Assembly: GCA_020718065.1 (NCBI GenBank)
Contig: DYDE01000001.1
Location: 754-64,753, forward strand
Source: Marinifilum sp.
GTDB lineage: Bacteria > Bacteroidota > Bacteroidia > Bacteroidales > CG2-30-32-10
DNA length: 64,000 bases
Direction of reading: 5' to 3'
Shown here: positions 1 through 11,307 of the stretch, one piece after another
Position numbering within the stretch: position 1 is the first letter of the stretch
Layout: each line of letters begins with the position of its first letter
Notes under the pieces: model-generated
Told to the model about the DNA's origin: nothing
What the model saw: the letters and a program-made list of their open reading frames with translations, nothing else
The model's database searches: none
Program-made: the position numbers and the translations under genes

Positions 1-2
1 CA

Positions 3-290
3 ATGCTACATTTAAAAACAGGTTTGTCATATATTGAGAATAATAACTTATTGGTTTATGGTGAGTTTGTAAACATGCCTGAATTTAATAAATACGACCG
101 CATCATTATCGATGCTAATGAGGCATATGCTGCCAACTCTCTTTGGATTAATAATAAAGTTCTCGTTCCAAAAGGTTTTCCAAAAACGAAAAAGAAAATT
201 GAAAAAGCTGGTTATATTACCATTGAAGTGGACACTTCTGAATTCAGAAAATTAGATGGAGGTTTGAGTTGCCTTTCTTTAAGGTTTTAA
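3..290 (+). CDS. C-terminal fragment of an amidinotransferase-fold enzyme (dimethylarginine dimethylaminohydrolase / arginine deiminase-like); 5' end is outside the window
   Basis: The ORF is open to the window edge. The C-terminus ...EFRKLDGGLSCLSLRF resembles the catalytic-Cys-containing C-terminal motif of the DDAH/ADI superfamily. Confidence 0.5.
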   Translation: MLHLKTGLSYIENNNLLVYGEFVNMPEFNKYDRIIIDANEAYAANSLWINNKVLVPKGFPKTKKKIEKAGYITIEVDTSEFRKLDGGLSCLSLRF

Positions 291-323
291 TGTAACCTAA
301 AATAATTTGCATATTTTCTCATA

Positions 324-1850
324 TTAAAAAGGGCTATCCTCATCTGGATCATTCACTTTTGATCCCATAGTAATAACAGAAGGACCTTTATTATCAAAAT
401 CAGAATTTGCTGACATATTATTATAATGCTGGTAAGCATCATTATCCAAGTCTATAAATTTAGCAAACTTGTCAATAAAACGAAGATAAACATCACTTAA
501 AGCACCGTTTCTGTGCTTTGCAATAATAACTTCAGCCAAGCCTTTAGTGGGTCTGCCATCAATATCATCAATTTTGTAATATTCTGGACGATATAAAAAC
601 AAAACAAGGTCAGCATCCTGTTCAATAGCTCCAGATTCACGTAAGTCGGAAAGTATAGGCCGCTTGTTGCCACCTCTTGTTTCAACGGCACGACTTAGCT
701 GCGACAAAGCTATAATCGGAATGCTTAATTCTTTAGCCAAAGATTTAAGTGAACGCGATATATTACTAATTTCTTGTTCTCTGTTACCACTTTTATCACT
801 ACTACCAGCCATCAACTGAAGGTAATCTATAATAACAAGTTCAATATTGTGCTGGGCTTTCAATCTTCTGCATTTAGCACGTAGTTCAAAAATAGATAAA
901 GCAGGAGTATCATCAATATAAAGCTTTGCCCCAATCAATCCCTTTATTTTTTCATTAAGTTGAGTCCATTCATACTTTTCTAATTGTCCCCGTTTCAGTT
1001 TAGAAGCATCAAGCTCCGTTTCACTTGATATTAAACGAGTAACCAATTGCACTGCCGACATTTCCAATGAGAAAAAAGCAACAGGCTTTTTAAAATCTAT
1101 AGCAACGTTCTTAGCTAAAGATAACACAAAAGCAGTTTTCCCCATACTTGGACGAGCAGCAACAATAATTAAATCAGATTTTTGCCAACCTGCAGTTATT
1201 CTGTCAAGTTCTGTAAACCCTGAAGGCACACCACTTATATGCCCCTCCTGATTTGTTGCAGCTTCTATTTGTTTAACAGCTTCACGGACTAATGAATGCA
1301 TATCTTCGGAGCTTCTCCTGATATTGCTTTCACTTACAGAAAACAAGTTTTTTTCAGCATTGTCGAGCATGTCAAAAACATCTATACTGTCATCAAATGC
1401 ATCATGTTGTATTTCTGTTGAAATTCGAATGAGTTCTCTTTGAATAAATTTTTGTATTATAATACGGGAGTGAAACTCAATATTTGCAGCAGACGCTATT
1501 CTATTTGTTAATTGTGTAATAAAATAAGGACCACCTACAATATCTAATTCACCGGTTTTCTTAAGTTCATTGGTTACGGTCAGAATATCAACTGGCTCAG
1601 AACGATTAAATAAAGAAAGAATAGCTGTGTAAATCTTCTGATGATGCTCTTTATAGAACATATCAGGTTTAAGTATATCAATTATTGAAGTAAGTGCATT
1701 AGATTCAAGCATCATAGCACCAAGTACTGCCTCTTCCAAATCGGTAGCCTGAGGCGGCACCTTACCATGTTCAGAAAACGCTTGAGCCACAGTTGTTTTC
1801 TTTGTCCTTTTTCTTACAGATTGCTCTGAAGTATCATTAATCTCTTTCAT
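324..1850 (-). CDS. dnaB: Replicative DNA helicase DnaB
   Basis: 508 aa. N-terminal DnaB domain (PPQATDLEEAVLGAMML), Walker A ARPSMGKTAF, Walker B-like LVIIDYLQLM, RecA-like C-terminal domain (ALSQLSRAVETRG). Confidence 0.95.
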   Translation of the reverse strand: MKEINDTSEQSVRKRTKKTTVAQAFSEHGKVPPQATDLEEAVLGAMMLESNALTSIIDILKPDMFYKEHHQKIYTAILSLFNRSEPVDILTVTNELKKTGELDIVGGPYFITQLTNRIASAANIEFHSRIIIQKFIQRELIRISTEIQHDAFDDSIDVFDMLDNAEKNLFSVSESNIRRSSEDMHSLVREAVKQIEAATNQEGHISGVPSGFTELDRITAGWQKSDLIIVAARPSMGKTAFVLSLAKNVAIDFKKPVAFFSLEMSAVQLVTRLISSETELDASKLKRGQLEKYEWTQLNEKIKGLIGAKLYIDDTPALSIFELRAKCRRLKAQHNIELVIIDYLQLMAGSSDKSGNREQEISNISRSLKSLAKELSIPIIALSQLSRAVETRGGNKRPILSDLRESGAIEQDADLVLFLYRPEYYKIDDIDGRPTKGLAEVIIAKHRNGALSDVYLRFIDKFAKFIDLDNDAYQHYNNMSANSDFDNKGPSVITMGSKVNDPDEDSPF

Positions 1851-1870
1851 TACTGAATCTAAAATATATT

Positions 1871-4800
1871 TTAAGCATCTTTACCGTGACATTGTTTGTA
1901 TTTTTTACCACTTCCACAAGGACAAGGATCATTTCTTCCAACTTTCTTCTCAACTCTAACAGGTTCAACCTTTTCTTTTCTGGGTTGATTATTATCTAAT
2001 GGTATGTCCGATCTACCTGCTTTCAGTTTACTCATATCTGTTTTTTCTTCTTCCGCTTCTTTTACATTATCTGTATAAGTGATTGGAAGGTTTCCTTTAA
2101 ACAAGAAAGAAGATATTTCTTTGTTCACCTTGCTAAGCATTGTTTTAAACAGTTCAAAAGATTCTAATTTATATATTAACAAAGGATCTTTTTGTTCATA
2201 GGTAGCATTCTGAACCGATTGTTTCAATTCGTCCATTTCACGAAGATGTTCTTTCCATTCGTCATCAATAATAGCAAGAGTAATACCCTTTTCAATAGCT
2301 ATTCCAAGTTCTTTGCCTTTGGTTTCGTATGTTTTCTTTAAATCTGTGATAACTTGTAAAGTTTTAATACCATCAGTAATTGGCAAAGCAACTTTTTCGT
2401 AGGTTCGGGAACTGTTTTCATAAACATCCTTAATTATAGGATAAGCTTTATCTGTAAGAAATTGTGTTTTCTGTTTATAATAATTGATAATATCTTCATT
2501 TATTTTTTCGGTAATATCATCAGATTTCATGGCAAAGAAATCAGTTTCATCAATAGGACTATCTAATCCGACTGTTTTAAGCATTTCAAATTTAAACCCA
2601 TTGTAATCTCTGTTATCCTGATATTCAATAACCATATTTTCGCATATGTCATGCATCATGTTAGCAGTATCTATCGAAAGTCTGTCTCCATATAATGCAT
2701 TTCTTCTTTTCTTATAAATAACTTCTCTTTGTGCATTCATTACGTCATCATATTCAAGCAAACGTTTACGAATACCAAAGTTGTTTTCTTCAACCTTTTT
2801 CTGTGCTCGTTCAATGGATTTGGTAATCATGGAGTGCTGGATCACTTCCCCATCTTTCAATCCCATTCGGTCCATAATCTTGGCAATTCTATCAGAGCCA
2901 AACAATCGCATAAGATCATCTTCTAAAGAAACAAAGAACTGAGAAGTTCCAGGATCTCCCTGACGTCCTGCACGACCTCTTAACTGTCTGTCAACACGTC
3001 TTGATTCGTGACGCTCAGTACCAATAATTGCCAAACCACCAGCATCTTTAACACCTTCACCTAATTTTATATCAGTACCACGACCAGCCATATTGGTTGC
3101 AATAGTAACTGTTCCTGCTCTACCAGCTTCAAGAACTATTTGGGCTTCTCGTTGGTGGAGTTTTGCATTTAAAACATTATGTTTAATGTTACGCAATTTA
3201 AGCATTTTACTTAGCAATTCCGATATTTCAACTGATGTTGTTCCAACCAGAACAGGGCGACCTGCTTTAACTAATTCGCTAATTTCATTAATTACGGCAT
3301 TATATTTTTCACGTTTTGTTTTATAAACCAAATCTTCAAAATCTTTTCTCACAACAGCTTTATTGGTTGGAATTACAACCACATCTAATTTATAAATATT
3401 CCAAAACTCACCAGCTTCAGTTTCTGCAGTTCCAGTCATCCCAGCCAATTTGCGATACATCCTGAAATAATTCTGCAAAGTAACTGTTGCATAAGTTTGT
3501 GTTACAGCTTCAACTTTAACATTTTCTTTTGCTTCTATAGCCTGGTGCAAACCATCAGAATATCTTCTTCCTTCCAGCACACGACCTGTTTGTTCATCAA
3601 CAATTTTAATTTTGTTGTCCATAATAACATATTCAACATCTTTTTCAAACAAAGTGTATGCTTTTAAAAGCTGGTTAACTGTGTGAACACGTTCAGATTT
3701 GATCGTAAAATCCTGCAACAATTCGCTTTTCTTTAATACTTTTTCTGATACAGGAAGATTTGATTTCTCAAGATCTGCTATTTCTGAACCAATATCAGGT
3801 AAAATAAAAAACTTGTTATCAGTGGTATCTGAAGTAATATAATCAATCCCTTTTTCAGTAAGTTCAATTGAATTGTTTTTTTCGTCAATAACAAAATAAA
3901 GCTCTTCATCAACCAAATGCATATGTTTTGACTGTTCCTGCATATAGAAATTCTCCGTTTTTTGAAGAATTGCTTTAATACCTTGCTCACTCAAAAACTT
4001 AATGAGCGCTTTGTTTTTTGGCAATCCTCTGTATGCCCTTAGAAGAAGTTTACCTCCTTCTTTCTCTTGTTCTGAATTTGGATTATTTGATAAAATACGT
4101 TTTGATTCAGCAAGAATATTGGTAACCAATGTTCTTTGAACATTGTAAATACGTTCAATTTTTGGACGTAACTCATAAAACTCATGTTTGTCACCCTTTG
4201 GTGTTGGACCGGAAATAATTAAAGGTGTACGTGCATCATCAATCAACACCGAGTCAACCTCATCCACAATTGCATAATTGTGTCTGCGTTGAACCATATC
4301 TACAGGACTTTGTGCCATATTATCACGAAGATAATCAAAACCAAATTCATTGTTGGTACCATATGTAATATCAGCAAGATAAGCTTTTTTTCTATCATCT
4401 GAATTTGGTTCATGTCTGTCAATACAATCAACTTTTAATCCATGAAATTCAAATAAAACACCCATCCATTCAGAGTCACGTTTTGCCAAATAATCATTAA
4501 CTGTAACAATATGAACACCTTTTCCAGGTAATGCATTCAAATATACAGGAAGTGTAGCTACCAATGTTTTTCCTTCACCAGTTGCCATTTCGGAAATTTT
4601 ACCCTGGTGAAGCACAATACCACCTATTAATTGAGAATCGTAATGTACCATATCCCATGTTATAGTATTACCTCCAGCAAGCCAGTTATTGTTATAAAAT
4701 GCTTTATCTCCTTTAATTTCGACACTATTTTTAAAAGCAGCAAGATCTCTGTCTCTATCACTCGTAGTAACTTCAATAATCGGATTTTCTTTAAAACGTT

Positions 4801-5158
4801 TAGCAGTTTCTTTTATAACAGCAAATGCTTCTGGTAGTATCTCCAACAAAATAACTTCTATCTTCTCTGCAATTTTTTTATCTAGTTGGTCAAGTTTTTC
4901 AAATACTTTTTCTTTCTCATTACTATCCATCTCATACTCTAATTCGACTTTATCCTTCAGTTCTTTTACCTGATCTTCTTCTTCTTTAGTAAATTCATAA
5001 ATTTTGTTTTTGAATTCTGCAGTTTTGGCTCTTAGCTGATCGTTATCAAGTTTGCTTATAATTTCATAAGCTGTATGAATTTTACTAGCTAAAGGGTTTA
5101 TCTCTTTAATATCCTTTTCTGATTTTGTGCCAAATATTTTTTGGAAAATGCTAACCAT
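1871..5158 (-). CDS. secA: Preprotein translocase ATPase SecA
   Basis: 1095 aa. Motor motifs [33 protein letters not shown] and [14 protein letters not shown]-terminal zinc-binding tail [14 protein letters not shown]. Confidence 0.97.
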   Translation of the reverse strand: MVSIFQKIFGTKSEKDIKEINPLASKIHTAYEIISKLDNDQLRAKTAEFKNKIYEFTKEEEDQVKELKDKVELEYEMDSNEKEKVFEKLDQLDKKIAEKIEVILLEILPEAFAVIKETAKRFKENPIIEVTTSDRDRDLAAFKNSVEIKGDKAFYNNNWLAGGNTITWDMVHYDSQLIGGIVLHQGKISEMATGEGKTLVATLPVYLNALPGKGVHIVTVNDYLAKRDSEWMGVLFEFHGLKVDCIDRHEPNSDDRKKAYLADITYGTNNEFGFDYLRDNMAQSPVDMVQRRHNYAIVDEVDSVLIDDARTPLIISGPTPKGDKHEFYELRPKIERIYNVQRTLVTNILAESKRILSNNPNSEQEKEGGKLLLRAYRGLPKNKALIKFLSEQGIKAILQKTENFYMQEQSKHMHLVDEELYFVIDEKNNSIELTEKGIDYITSDTTDNKFFILPDIGSEIADLEKSNLPVSEKVLKKSELLQDFTIKSERVHTVNQLLKAYTLFEKDVEYVIMDNKIKIVDEQTGRVLEGRRYSDGLHQAIEAKENVKVEAVTQTYATVTLQNYFRMYRKLAGMTGTAETEAGEFWNIYKLDVVVIPTNKAVVRKDFEDLVYKTKREKYNAVINEISELVKAGRPVLVGTTSVEISELLSKMLKLRNIKHNVLNAKLHQREAQIVLEAGRAGTVTIATNMAGRGTDIKLGEGVKDAGGLAIIGTERHESRRVDRQLRGRAGRQGDPGTSQFFVSLEDDLMRLFGSDRIAKIMDRMGLKDGEVIQHSMITKSIERAQKKVEENNFGIRKRLLEYDDVMNAQREVIYKKRRNALYGDRLSIDTANMMHDICENMVIEYQDNRDYNGFKFEMLKTVGLDSPIDETDFFAMKSDDITEKINEDIINYYKQKTQFLTDKAYPIIKDVYENSSRTYEKVALPITDGIKTLQVITDLKKTYETKGKELGIAIEKGITLAIIDDEWKEHLREMDELKQSVQNATYEQKDPLLIYKLESFELFKTMLSKVNKEISSFLFKGNLPITYTDNVKEAEEEKTDMSKLKAGRSDIPLDNNQPRKEKVEPVRVEKKVGRNDPCPCGSGKKYKQCHGKDA

Positions 5159-5311
5159 AACTATATTTTGATTATATTTTATGTTAAAAAAATGAAAAGC
5201 AAAATTAAACTAAATTGAGAGAATTTCTTTAATAATATTTTGTTTTTACTAACAATGAATTTTATTGAATATCTTTGTAATAACTTAGCATTTATATTCT
5301 TTAACTTGATT

Positions 5312-6691
5312 ATGACGAATATTCTGATTAAAAACGGCACTATAATTAATGAAAATTTATTTTTAAAAAAAGATATTCTGGTTAAAGACAATTTAATCAT
5401 CGCTATTGAAGATAATTTACAAAAACCAAATTCATCTACACAGATTATAGATGCTGGTTCAATGTATATATTACCTGGTGCTATTGATGCTCATGTGCAT
5501 TTAGACTTACCTACTCCTGCTGGGAATTCTTCTGACGATTTTAAAACTGGAAGCATTGCTGCAATAGCCGGTGGAACAACATCCATAATTGATTTTGTTA
5601 CTCCTGCAAAAGGAGAATCATTGTTAAAAGCACTAAAACACAGAAAAGAAGTGGCCACTCAATCACTTATTGATTATGGTTTTCATATGGGTGTGAGCGG
5701 CTGGAATAAAAACTCATCTTCTGAAATTGAACAATGTATTAAAAAAGAAGGCGTCACTTCTTTTAAGGTTTATCTTGCATATAAAGGCAGTATTGGTATA
5801 GAAGACACCGAATTGATTGAAATAATGCAAACTGTCGCAAAACATAAAGCACTTGTTACTGTTCATTGCGAACATGGTGATGTTATTAATAAATTGCAAA
5901 AAGATTTTATATCCAATAATCAAACTTCACCCTTCTACCATGCGCTATCTCATCCCTATCTAATTGAAACAGAAGCTATTAATAGAGTTTTAACAATTGC
6001 TAAAATAGTTGGATGCAAGGTTTATATTGTTCATGTTTCTGCAAAAGAATCTGAAAAGCTAATTGAAACTGCACAACATAACAAACAAGAAGTATTTGCA
6101 GAAACATGTCCACAATATTTATTGCTTGACGATAGTAAATACAAACTACCCGACTTTGAATCTGCTGCATATGTTATTAGTCCACCATTAAGAAAAAAAG
6201 CAGATAAGCTTGCACTATGGAAAGGTCTTAAAAATGGAACATTTCAAGTTGTTGCAACTGATCATTGTCCTTTTAATCTCAAAGGTCAAAAAGATATTGG
6301 GATCAATAACTTTTCAAAAATTCCAAATGGTGCAGGTGGTATTGAACATCGCATGAGTTTACTTTATACATATGGTGTATTAAAGAAAAAAATATCTTTA
6401 CATCAATGGGTACAGTTGTGTTGTACGCAACCTGCAAGAATTTTTGGCTTATATCCAAGAAAAGGAACAATTAGTATTGGTGCTGATGCTGATATTCTTG
6501 TATGGAATCCAACCAAAAAATCCACCATTTCAGTTAAAAATCATTTTCAACGATGCGATAGTGATATTTATGAAGGAATTAATGTTATAGGTTCTCCAGA
6601 ATGTGTAATTGTAAATGGGATTGTAGCTTTTGAAAATGGGAGAATTGCAAATGAAGATTTATTAAAAGGCAAATATCTTTATAGAAAATAG
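5312..6691 (+). CDS. Cyclic amidohydrolase of the dihydropyrimidinase / D-hydantoinase type
   Basis: Metal-binding DAHVHLD, lysine context SFKVYLAY, HCEHG, ATDHCPF. I prefer the ATG at 5312 (MTNILIKNGTIINE) because it matches the typical N-terminus. The track ORF begins at 5240 with 24 extra low-complexity codons. Confidence 0.8.
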   Translation: MTNILIKNGTIINENLFLKKDILVKDNLIIAIEDNLQKPNSSTQIIDAGSMYILPGAIDAHVHLDLPTPAGNSSDDFKTGSIAAIAGGTTSIIDFVTPAKGESLLKALKHRKEVATQSLIDYGFHMGVSGWNKNSSSEIEQCIKKEGVTSFKVYLAYKGSIGIEDTELIEIMQTVAKHKALVTVHCEHGDVINKLQKDFISNNQTSPFYHALSHPYLIETEAINRVLTIAKIVGCKVYIVHVSAKESEKLIETAQHNKQEVFAETCPQYLLLDDSKYKLPDFESAAYVISPPLRKKADKLALWKGLKNGTFQVVATDHCPFNLKGQKDIGINNFSKIPNGAGGIEHRMSLLYTYGVLKKKISLHQWVQLCCTQPARIFGLYPRKGTISIGADADILVWNPTKKSTISVKNHFQRCDSDIYEGINVIGSPECVIVNGIVAFENGRIANEDLLKGKYLYRK

Positions 6692-6715
6692 CATTTACAT
6701 TGTATAATATACATT

Positions 6716-7246
6716 TCAATAACTTGTGAAAGCTTTGTTTTCAGGTTTTATTAATTGAATAAGTTCTTCTATATTGATGCTTTCACCCTTAATGATGTAG
6801 TTTGCTTTGTTATAAAAGGGTTCTCTTAAAGCAAGTTTTTGTTCAATATAGTTCTTTAATTCAGACTCATCTTCAAAAGCTTCGATTAGTGGTCTTTTTT
6901 TGAAAGAATACTTTAATCTGTTGGTAAGTGAAGTTATACTCATTTTTATATAAACCGAAACACCATTTTTATTGATAATTTCCATATTGTCAAAACTGCA
7001 AGGAGTTCCTCCACCTGTTGAAATTACTGCATTATTATTTTCATTTAAAATTTTAATTAAAATATCCCGTTCTATTTCTCTATATTTTTCCTCCCCATAT
7101 TTTGAAAAAAAATCAAAAACACTAATGTTGTTCTGCTTTTCAAAAAATGTGTCTGTATCAATAAATTTACTTTGCAATAGTCTGGAGAGCTTTTTCCCTA
7201 TAGTTGTTTTGCCACAACCCATAAAACCAACTAAAATAATATTCAT
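6716..7246 (-). CDS. aroK: Shikimate kinase
   Basis: 176 aa. P-loop GFMGCGKTTIGKKLS and STGGG shikimate-binding motif. Confidence 0.9.
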   Translation of the reverse strand: MNIILVGFMGCGKTTIGKKLSRLLQSKFIDTDTFFEKQNNISVFDFFSKYGEEKYREIERDILIKILNENNNAVISTGGGTPCSFDNMEIINKNGVSVYIKMSITSLTNRLKYSFKKRPLIEAFEDESELKNYIEQKLALREPFYNKANYIIKGESINIEELIQLIKPENKAFTSY

Positions 7247-7343
7247 AAAATAATAATTCTAAAAAAAACAATTTACAAATCATTCTTATTTATAAATTTG
7301 AAAATTAATAAAATATTTTAAATAAATTTTAATTATATCAATT

Positions 7344-9605
7344 ATGAATAAAAAACATTTATTATTAATTTGTTTATGGCTTGTATTCGGATTTTACAAC
7401 AGCCTTTATGCTCAAGTAACATGTAAAGATATTACAAATGAAGATATTTGGAAGAGTGGAAAGTTTTTCCCTAAAACATATTCAGATGCTATTCCACTTA
7501 AAGATGGAGAACATTATTTGGTTAGCGAAGACGATGGCTTGATTATATATTCTTATAAAACCGGAACCAAATCAGGCACCTTGGTTGAAGCTGACAAACT
7601 AATACCTGAAGGACAAACCAAAAGTATTTCAATTGGCGATTTCGATTTAAATGCCGATGAAACAAAGGTTCTTTTTGCTTCTGAAACCGAATATATTTAC
7701 CGTCATTCATCAAAATCTAACTATTATGTTTGGGATATTAAGACACAAAAACTAACAGCTCTTTCAAAAGGTGGAAAACAACGTTTAGCAAGCTTTTCTC
7801 CTAATGGAAATATGGTTGGTTTTGTAAGAGATAATAATCTTTTCATCAAAGATCTTACTTCAGGCAAAGAAAGCCAGATTACAAAAGATGGGTTACAAAA
7901 CAATATAATCAATGGGACTACAGACTGGGTTTACGAAGAGGAGTTTGGTTTTACAAGAGCTTTTTTCTGGTCTCCTGATGGTTTAAAAATTGCATATTAC
8001 AAATTTGATGAAAGTAAAGTGAAACAGTTTACAATTTCTAACTACGGAAACCTTTATCCAGAACAATATCAATATAAATATCCTAAAGCTGGCGAAGATA
8101 ATTCCATTGTTAATATTTATGTTTTTAATATTTCCACAAGCGTTTCAAAAATGATGGATATTGGTTCTGAAACCAATCAGTATATTCCAAGAATTAAATG
8201 GACAAACAACAATAACCTGCTTGCAATTGAGAGACTAAATCGTTTACAAAACAAATTTGAAATTTTAATATGCAATGCAATAGACGGAAAAAATACTGTA
8301 TTAACCAGTGAAACTGACAAATCAAAATACAAAGACAATAATAAAGTTTCAAATTCAGAAACCAATAATGTCTTATATACTGAAGAGAACAAATTTTATG
8401 TTGAAATAACAGATGATCTGACATTTACTAAAGAAAATAACTTCATTATTACTAGTGAAAAAGATGGATACAACCAGATTTATTATTACGATTCAAAAGG
8501 AAAACTTATTAATCAGGTTACGAAGGGCAATTGGGATGTAACAAGTTTTCTAGGATATGATGAGAAAACAAAAACAATTTATTATATATCTTCAGAAGAA
8601 TCTCCTATAAACAGAACTTTATATTCAATTAAAATTGATGGTAAAGGTAAAAAGAAACTTTCTTCAAAAACAGGAACAAATGATGCAAAATTTAGTGCTA
8701 ATTACACCTACTTTATAAACACCTATTCTGATGCCAACACACCCCATTATGTCTCCATTAATAATGGGATAGATGGAAAAGAGATTAATGTACTTGAAAA
8801 TAACTCCAAACTAATTGAATTGCTTAAAGAATATTGTTTTGCAAAGCAAGAATTCTTTTCGTTTAAAACATCCGAGAACATTGAACTCAATGCAAGTATT
8901 ATAAAACCTGTTAATTTTGATCCAAAAAAGAAATATCCAGTTTTAATGCATGTGTATGGAGGCCCAGGCTCTCAAACTGTTCAAAACAAATGGGGTTATT
9001 ATGATTTTGTATGGTATCAAATGCTTGCTCAAAAAGGGTACATTATTGTATCCGTTGACAATAGAGGAACAGGTGCAAGAGGAGAAGCATTTAAAAAATG
9101 CACCTATCTTCAAATGGGTAAATATGAAACCATTGATCAGATAGAAGGAGCTAAATATCTTGGAACTTTAAATTATGTTGATAAAGATCGTATAGGTATC
9201 TGGGGTTGGAGTTATGGTGGTTTTATGTCAACTTTATGTATGACTAAAGGAGCAGATTATTTTAAAATGGGTATTGCTGTTGCCCCTGTTACTAACTGGA
9301 GATATTATGACAATATTTATACAGAAAGATTTATGAGAACCCCGCAGGAAAACCCATCTGGCTACGATGATAATTCACCCATTAATCATGTTGATAAACT
9401 AAAAGGTAAATATTTGTTGGTACATGGCTTATCTGATGACAATGTTCACGTTCAAAATTCAATGGATTTAATAACTGCATTGGTAAATAAAAACAAACAA
9501 TTTGAAATGCAATTTTATCCTAACAAGAATCATGGTATTTATGGTGGATACACACGACTGCATTTATATAACAGAATGACGGATTTTATCCTCCGCAATT
9601 TATAA
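7344..9605 (+). CDS. Dipeptidyl-peptidase IV (S9B prolyl oligopeptidase family), secreted
   Basis: Signal peptide. DPPIV N-terminal propeller motif DWVYEEEF. Catalytic serine in GIWGWSYGG, Asp in HGLSDDNVH, His in KNHGI. Confidence 0.9.
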   Translation: MNKKHLLLICLWLVFGFYNSLYAQVTCKDITNEDIWKSGKFFPKTYSDAIPLKDGEHYLVSEDDGLIIYSYKTGTKSGTLVEADKLIPEGQTKSISIGDFDLNADETKVLFASETEYIYRHSSKSNYYVWDIKTQKLTALSKGGKQRLASFSPNGNMVGFVRDNNLFIKDLTSGKESQITKDGLQNNIINGTTDWVYEEEFGFTRAFFWSPDGLKIAYYKFDESKVKQFTISNYGNLYPEQYQYKYPKAGEDNSIVNIYVFNISTSVSKMMDIGSETNQYIPRIKWTNNNNLLAIERLNRLQNKFEILICNAIDGKNTVLTSETDKSKYKDNNKVSNSETNNVLYTEENKFYVEITDDLTFTKENNFIITSEKDGYNQIYYYDSKGKLINQVTKGNWDVTSFLGYDEKTKTIYYISSEESPINRTLYSIKIDGKGKKKLSSKTGTNDAKFSANYTYFINTYSDANTPHYVSINNGIDGKEINVLENNSKLIELLKEYCFAKQEFFSFKTSENIELNASIIKPVNFDPKKKYPVLMHVYGGPGSQTVQNKWGYYDFVWYQMLAQKGYIIVSVDNRGTGARGEAFKKCTYLQMGKYETIDQIEGAKYLGTLNYVDKDRIGIWGWSYGGFMSTLCMTKGADYFKMGIAVAPVTNWRYYDNIYTERFMRTPQENPSGYDDNSPINHVDKLKGKYLLVHGLSDDNVHVQNSMDLITALVNKNKQFEMQFYPNKNHGIYGGYTRLHLYNRMTDFILRNL

Positions 9606-9608
9606 TAC

Positions 9609-9631
9609 AAAGGGGGTTTAGCCCCTTTTTT
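9609..9631 (+). terminator. Putative intrinsic terminator after the DPP-IV gene
   Basis: AAAGGGG-gtttag-CCCCTTT hairpin followed by further T residues, 4 bp after the stop codon. Confidence 0.6.
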
Positions 9632-9654
9632 AATGAATTTATAATTTTAATATT

Positions 9655-10260
9655 ATGGCTTCCAATTCTAAAAGAATTCTAAAACGCATCTTTAAGTATT
9701 TTATTGAAGGTTTGGTGCTTATAGCTCCAATTACCATTACAGTCTATGCAATAGTTAAGATTTTTGAAATAGTTGATGGGATATTACCATTCAAGATACC
9801 TGGTCTTGGTCTGCTTGTTATTTTGTTAATTATAACGTTAATGGGTGTTTTGGGTTCTACTATTATTGCAAAACCTTTATTTGCATATTATAACAGACTA
9901 CTTGATAAAATACCTCTAATAAAAATATTATATTCGTCAATTAAAGATCTGATGTCAGCATTTGTTGGGCAGAAGAAAAAATTCACAGAACCAGTATTGG
10001 TAAGAATGAGTAAAGACAGTGAAATTGAAAAGCTTGGGTTTCTCACACAAAAAGACTTAACAATACTTGGAGTTGATAAAGGCAAAGTAGCAGTGTATTT
10101 TCCGCATTCTTATAACTTTTCGGGTAATTTATTTATTGTGCCAATTGAAAATGTAAAACCTGTGAATGCCTCCCCTACAGAAATTATGAAATTTATCGTT
10201 TCTGGAGGAGTCACAGAGCTAGGCGAAACTAAAAAAGAAAATGAAGTTAAAACAGATTAA
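9655..10260 (+). CDS. DUF502-like inner-membrane protein
   Basis: 201 aa with two N-terminal hydrophobic helices followed by a soluble domain. Architecture and sequence feel match the DUF502 family; assignment from memory only. Confidence 0.55.
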   Translation: MASNSKRILKRIFKYFIEGLVLIAPITITVYAIVKIFEIVDGILPFKIPGLGLLVILLIITLMGVLGSTIIAKPLFAYYNRLLDKIPLIKILYSSIKDLMSAFVGQKKKFTEPVLVRMSKDSEIEKLGFLTQKDLTILGVDKGKVAVYFPHSYNFSGNLFIVPIENVKPVNASPTEIMKFIVSGGVTELGETKKENEVKTD

Positions 10261-10354
10261 TTTTTGTGGATTTGTAAATTTATTTAACTTTATCGCTTTT
10301 TAAATTATATTTAAACAATTATTAATAATCTTTAACTATCCAACATTTAAATTT

Positions 10355-11053
10355 ATGATTTGGAGATTTTTATTCATTTTAACCTTAACTACTGCTTACA
10401 TTGTGTCATTTGATAACGTTTGTATTGCCCAAACTTCATCAAAAACTATAGATTACAAACGTATTCCGCAAAAAAAAGTTAGAAAATTATTGAAACGCAT
10501 TGAACAATTTGGGATAAAGGATTTAAGTGATTTGAATGCTAAATGTTATGATTCGGATGACTCTTCAACATATTGCGTTCAAACAGATTCACACATTATT
10601 AAAGAAAATATTATTAATGTATGGAACAAAATGATGAAATTAAATTTATGTGAAGAATTTAGTGGCAGATTGGTTAGTTTAGGAATGATGTACTCAAAAA
10701 AACTGAATCAAATATTCTATAAAGACGATAAATTTGTTGGTATTGAAGAAGGACAGGTTTTTTATCTGAATCTTAAATTACTTGGAGGGATTAAAAACCT
10801 GGGTGTTGGATTGGAAGTTACAAGAATTGATAAAGATAAAAAATCAATTAAATTTTGTTATTTAAACCATGGAACCTCAGAAGGAACCCAAGAAATCAGA
10901 CTTACAGAAACAACAGATGGTTATTCAATAATTACTCAGGAAACCCGTTATAAGAGTAAATCTAAATTCAGAGACAAAAGGCTATACCCAGGATTTCATC
11001 GTAAATTTGTAAACGAACTTCACGAAAACCTCACAAAACTGATAGTTGGTTGA
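10355..11053 (+). CDS. Hypothetical secreted protein
   Basis: 232 aa with an N-terminal hydrophobic signal-like segment (FLFILTLTTAYIVSF...CIAQ). No motif recognised. Confidence 0.4.
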   Translation: MIWRFLFILTLTTAYIVSFDNVCIAQTSSKTIDYKRIPQKKVRKLLKRIEQFGIKDLSDLNAKCYDSDDSSTYCVQTDSHIIKENIINVWNKMMKLNLCEEFSGRLVSLGMMYSKKLNQIFYKDDKFVGIEEGQVFYLNLKLLGGIKNLGVGLEVTRIDKDKKSIKFCYLNHGTSEGTQEIRLTETTDGYSIITQETRYKSKSKFRDKRLYPGFHRKFVNELHENLTKLIVG

Positions 11054-11307
11054 TTACTTATTTTCAATCGTTAAATATAAAATAGCATTCTGTTTCAATG
11101 TCCACATTTTAAATTACAAATTTCCAATTTCAATATTATTGTATATAATCTGGTATCAAAAAGCCTTTATAAAGAAATTTGACTTAATATTATTTGCTAA
11201 ATTTTGATAACTTTGCAACCAAAAAAACATAATTAGGAAAATGTTTTATTCATCACTATTACCTGGTATTTTATAATCCTTATTTATCTTTCATCTAATT
11301 ATCTGTA

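Noticed and set aside
2729-4837. Short ORFs inside or antisense to secA (2729-2926, 3093-3326, 3778-3990, 4631-4837). Analogous embedded ORFs occur in dnaB (497-691), DPP-IV, the kinase, the AAA+ gene (21175-21515, 21738-22072), GH20, the S46 peptidase, metF/metH, dnaE and others.
   Set aside because: Each is fully contained within a long, motif-supported gene on the same or the opposite strand. They have low-complexity AT-rich-codon composition and no recognisable motifs. Such ORFs are expected by chance in an AT-rich genome.
5179-5400. 73-aa minus-strand ORF and the 24-codon N-terminal extension of the amidohydrolase ORF (5240-5311).
   Set aside because: Both lie in the AT-rich secA/amidohydrolase intergenic region, are low-complexity (Ile/Leu/Phe/Lys), and overlap each other. 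The amidohydrolase family N-terminus matches the internal Met at 5312.
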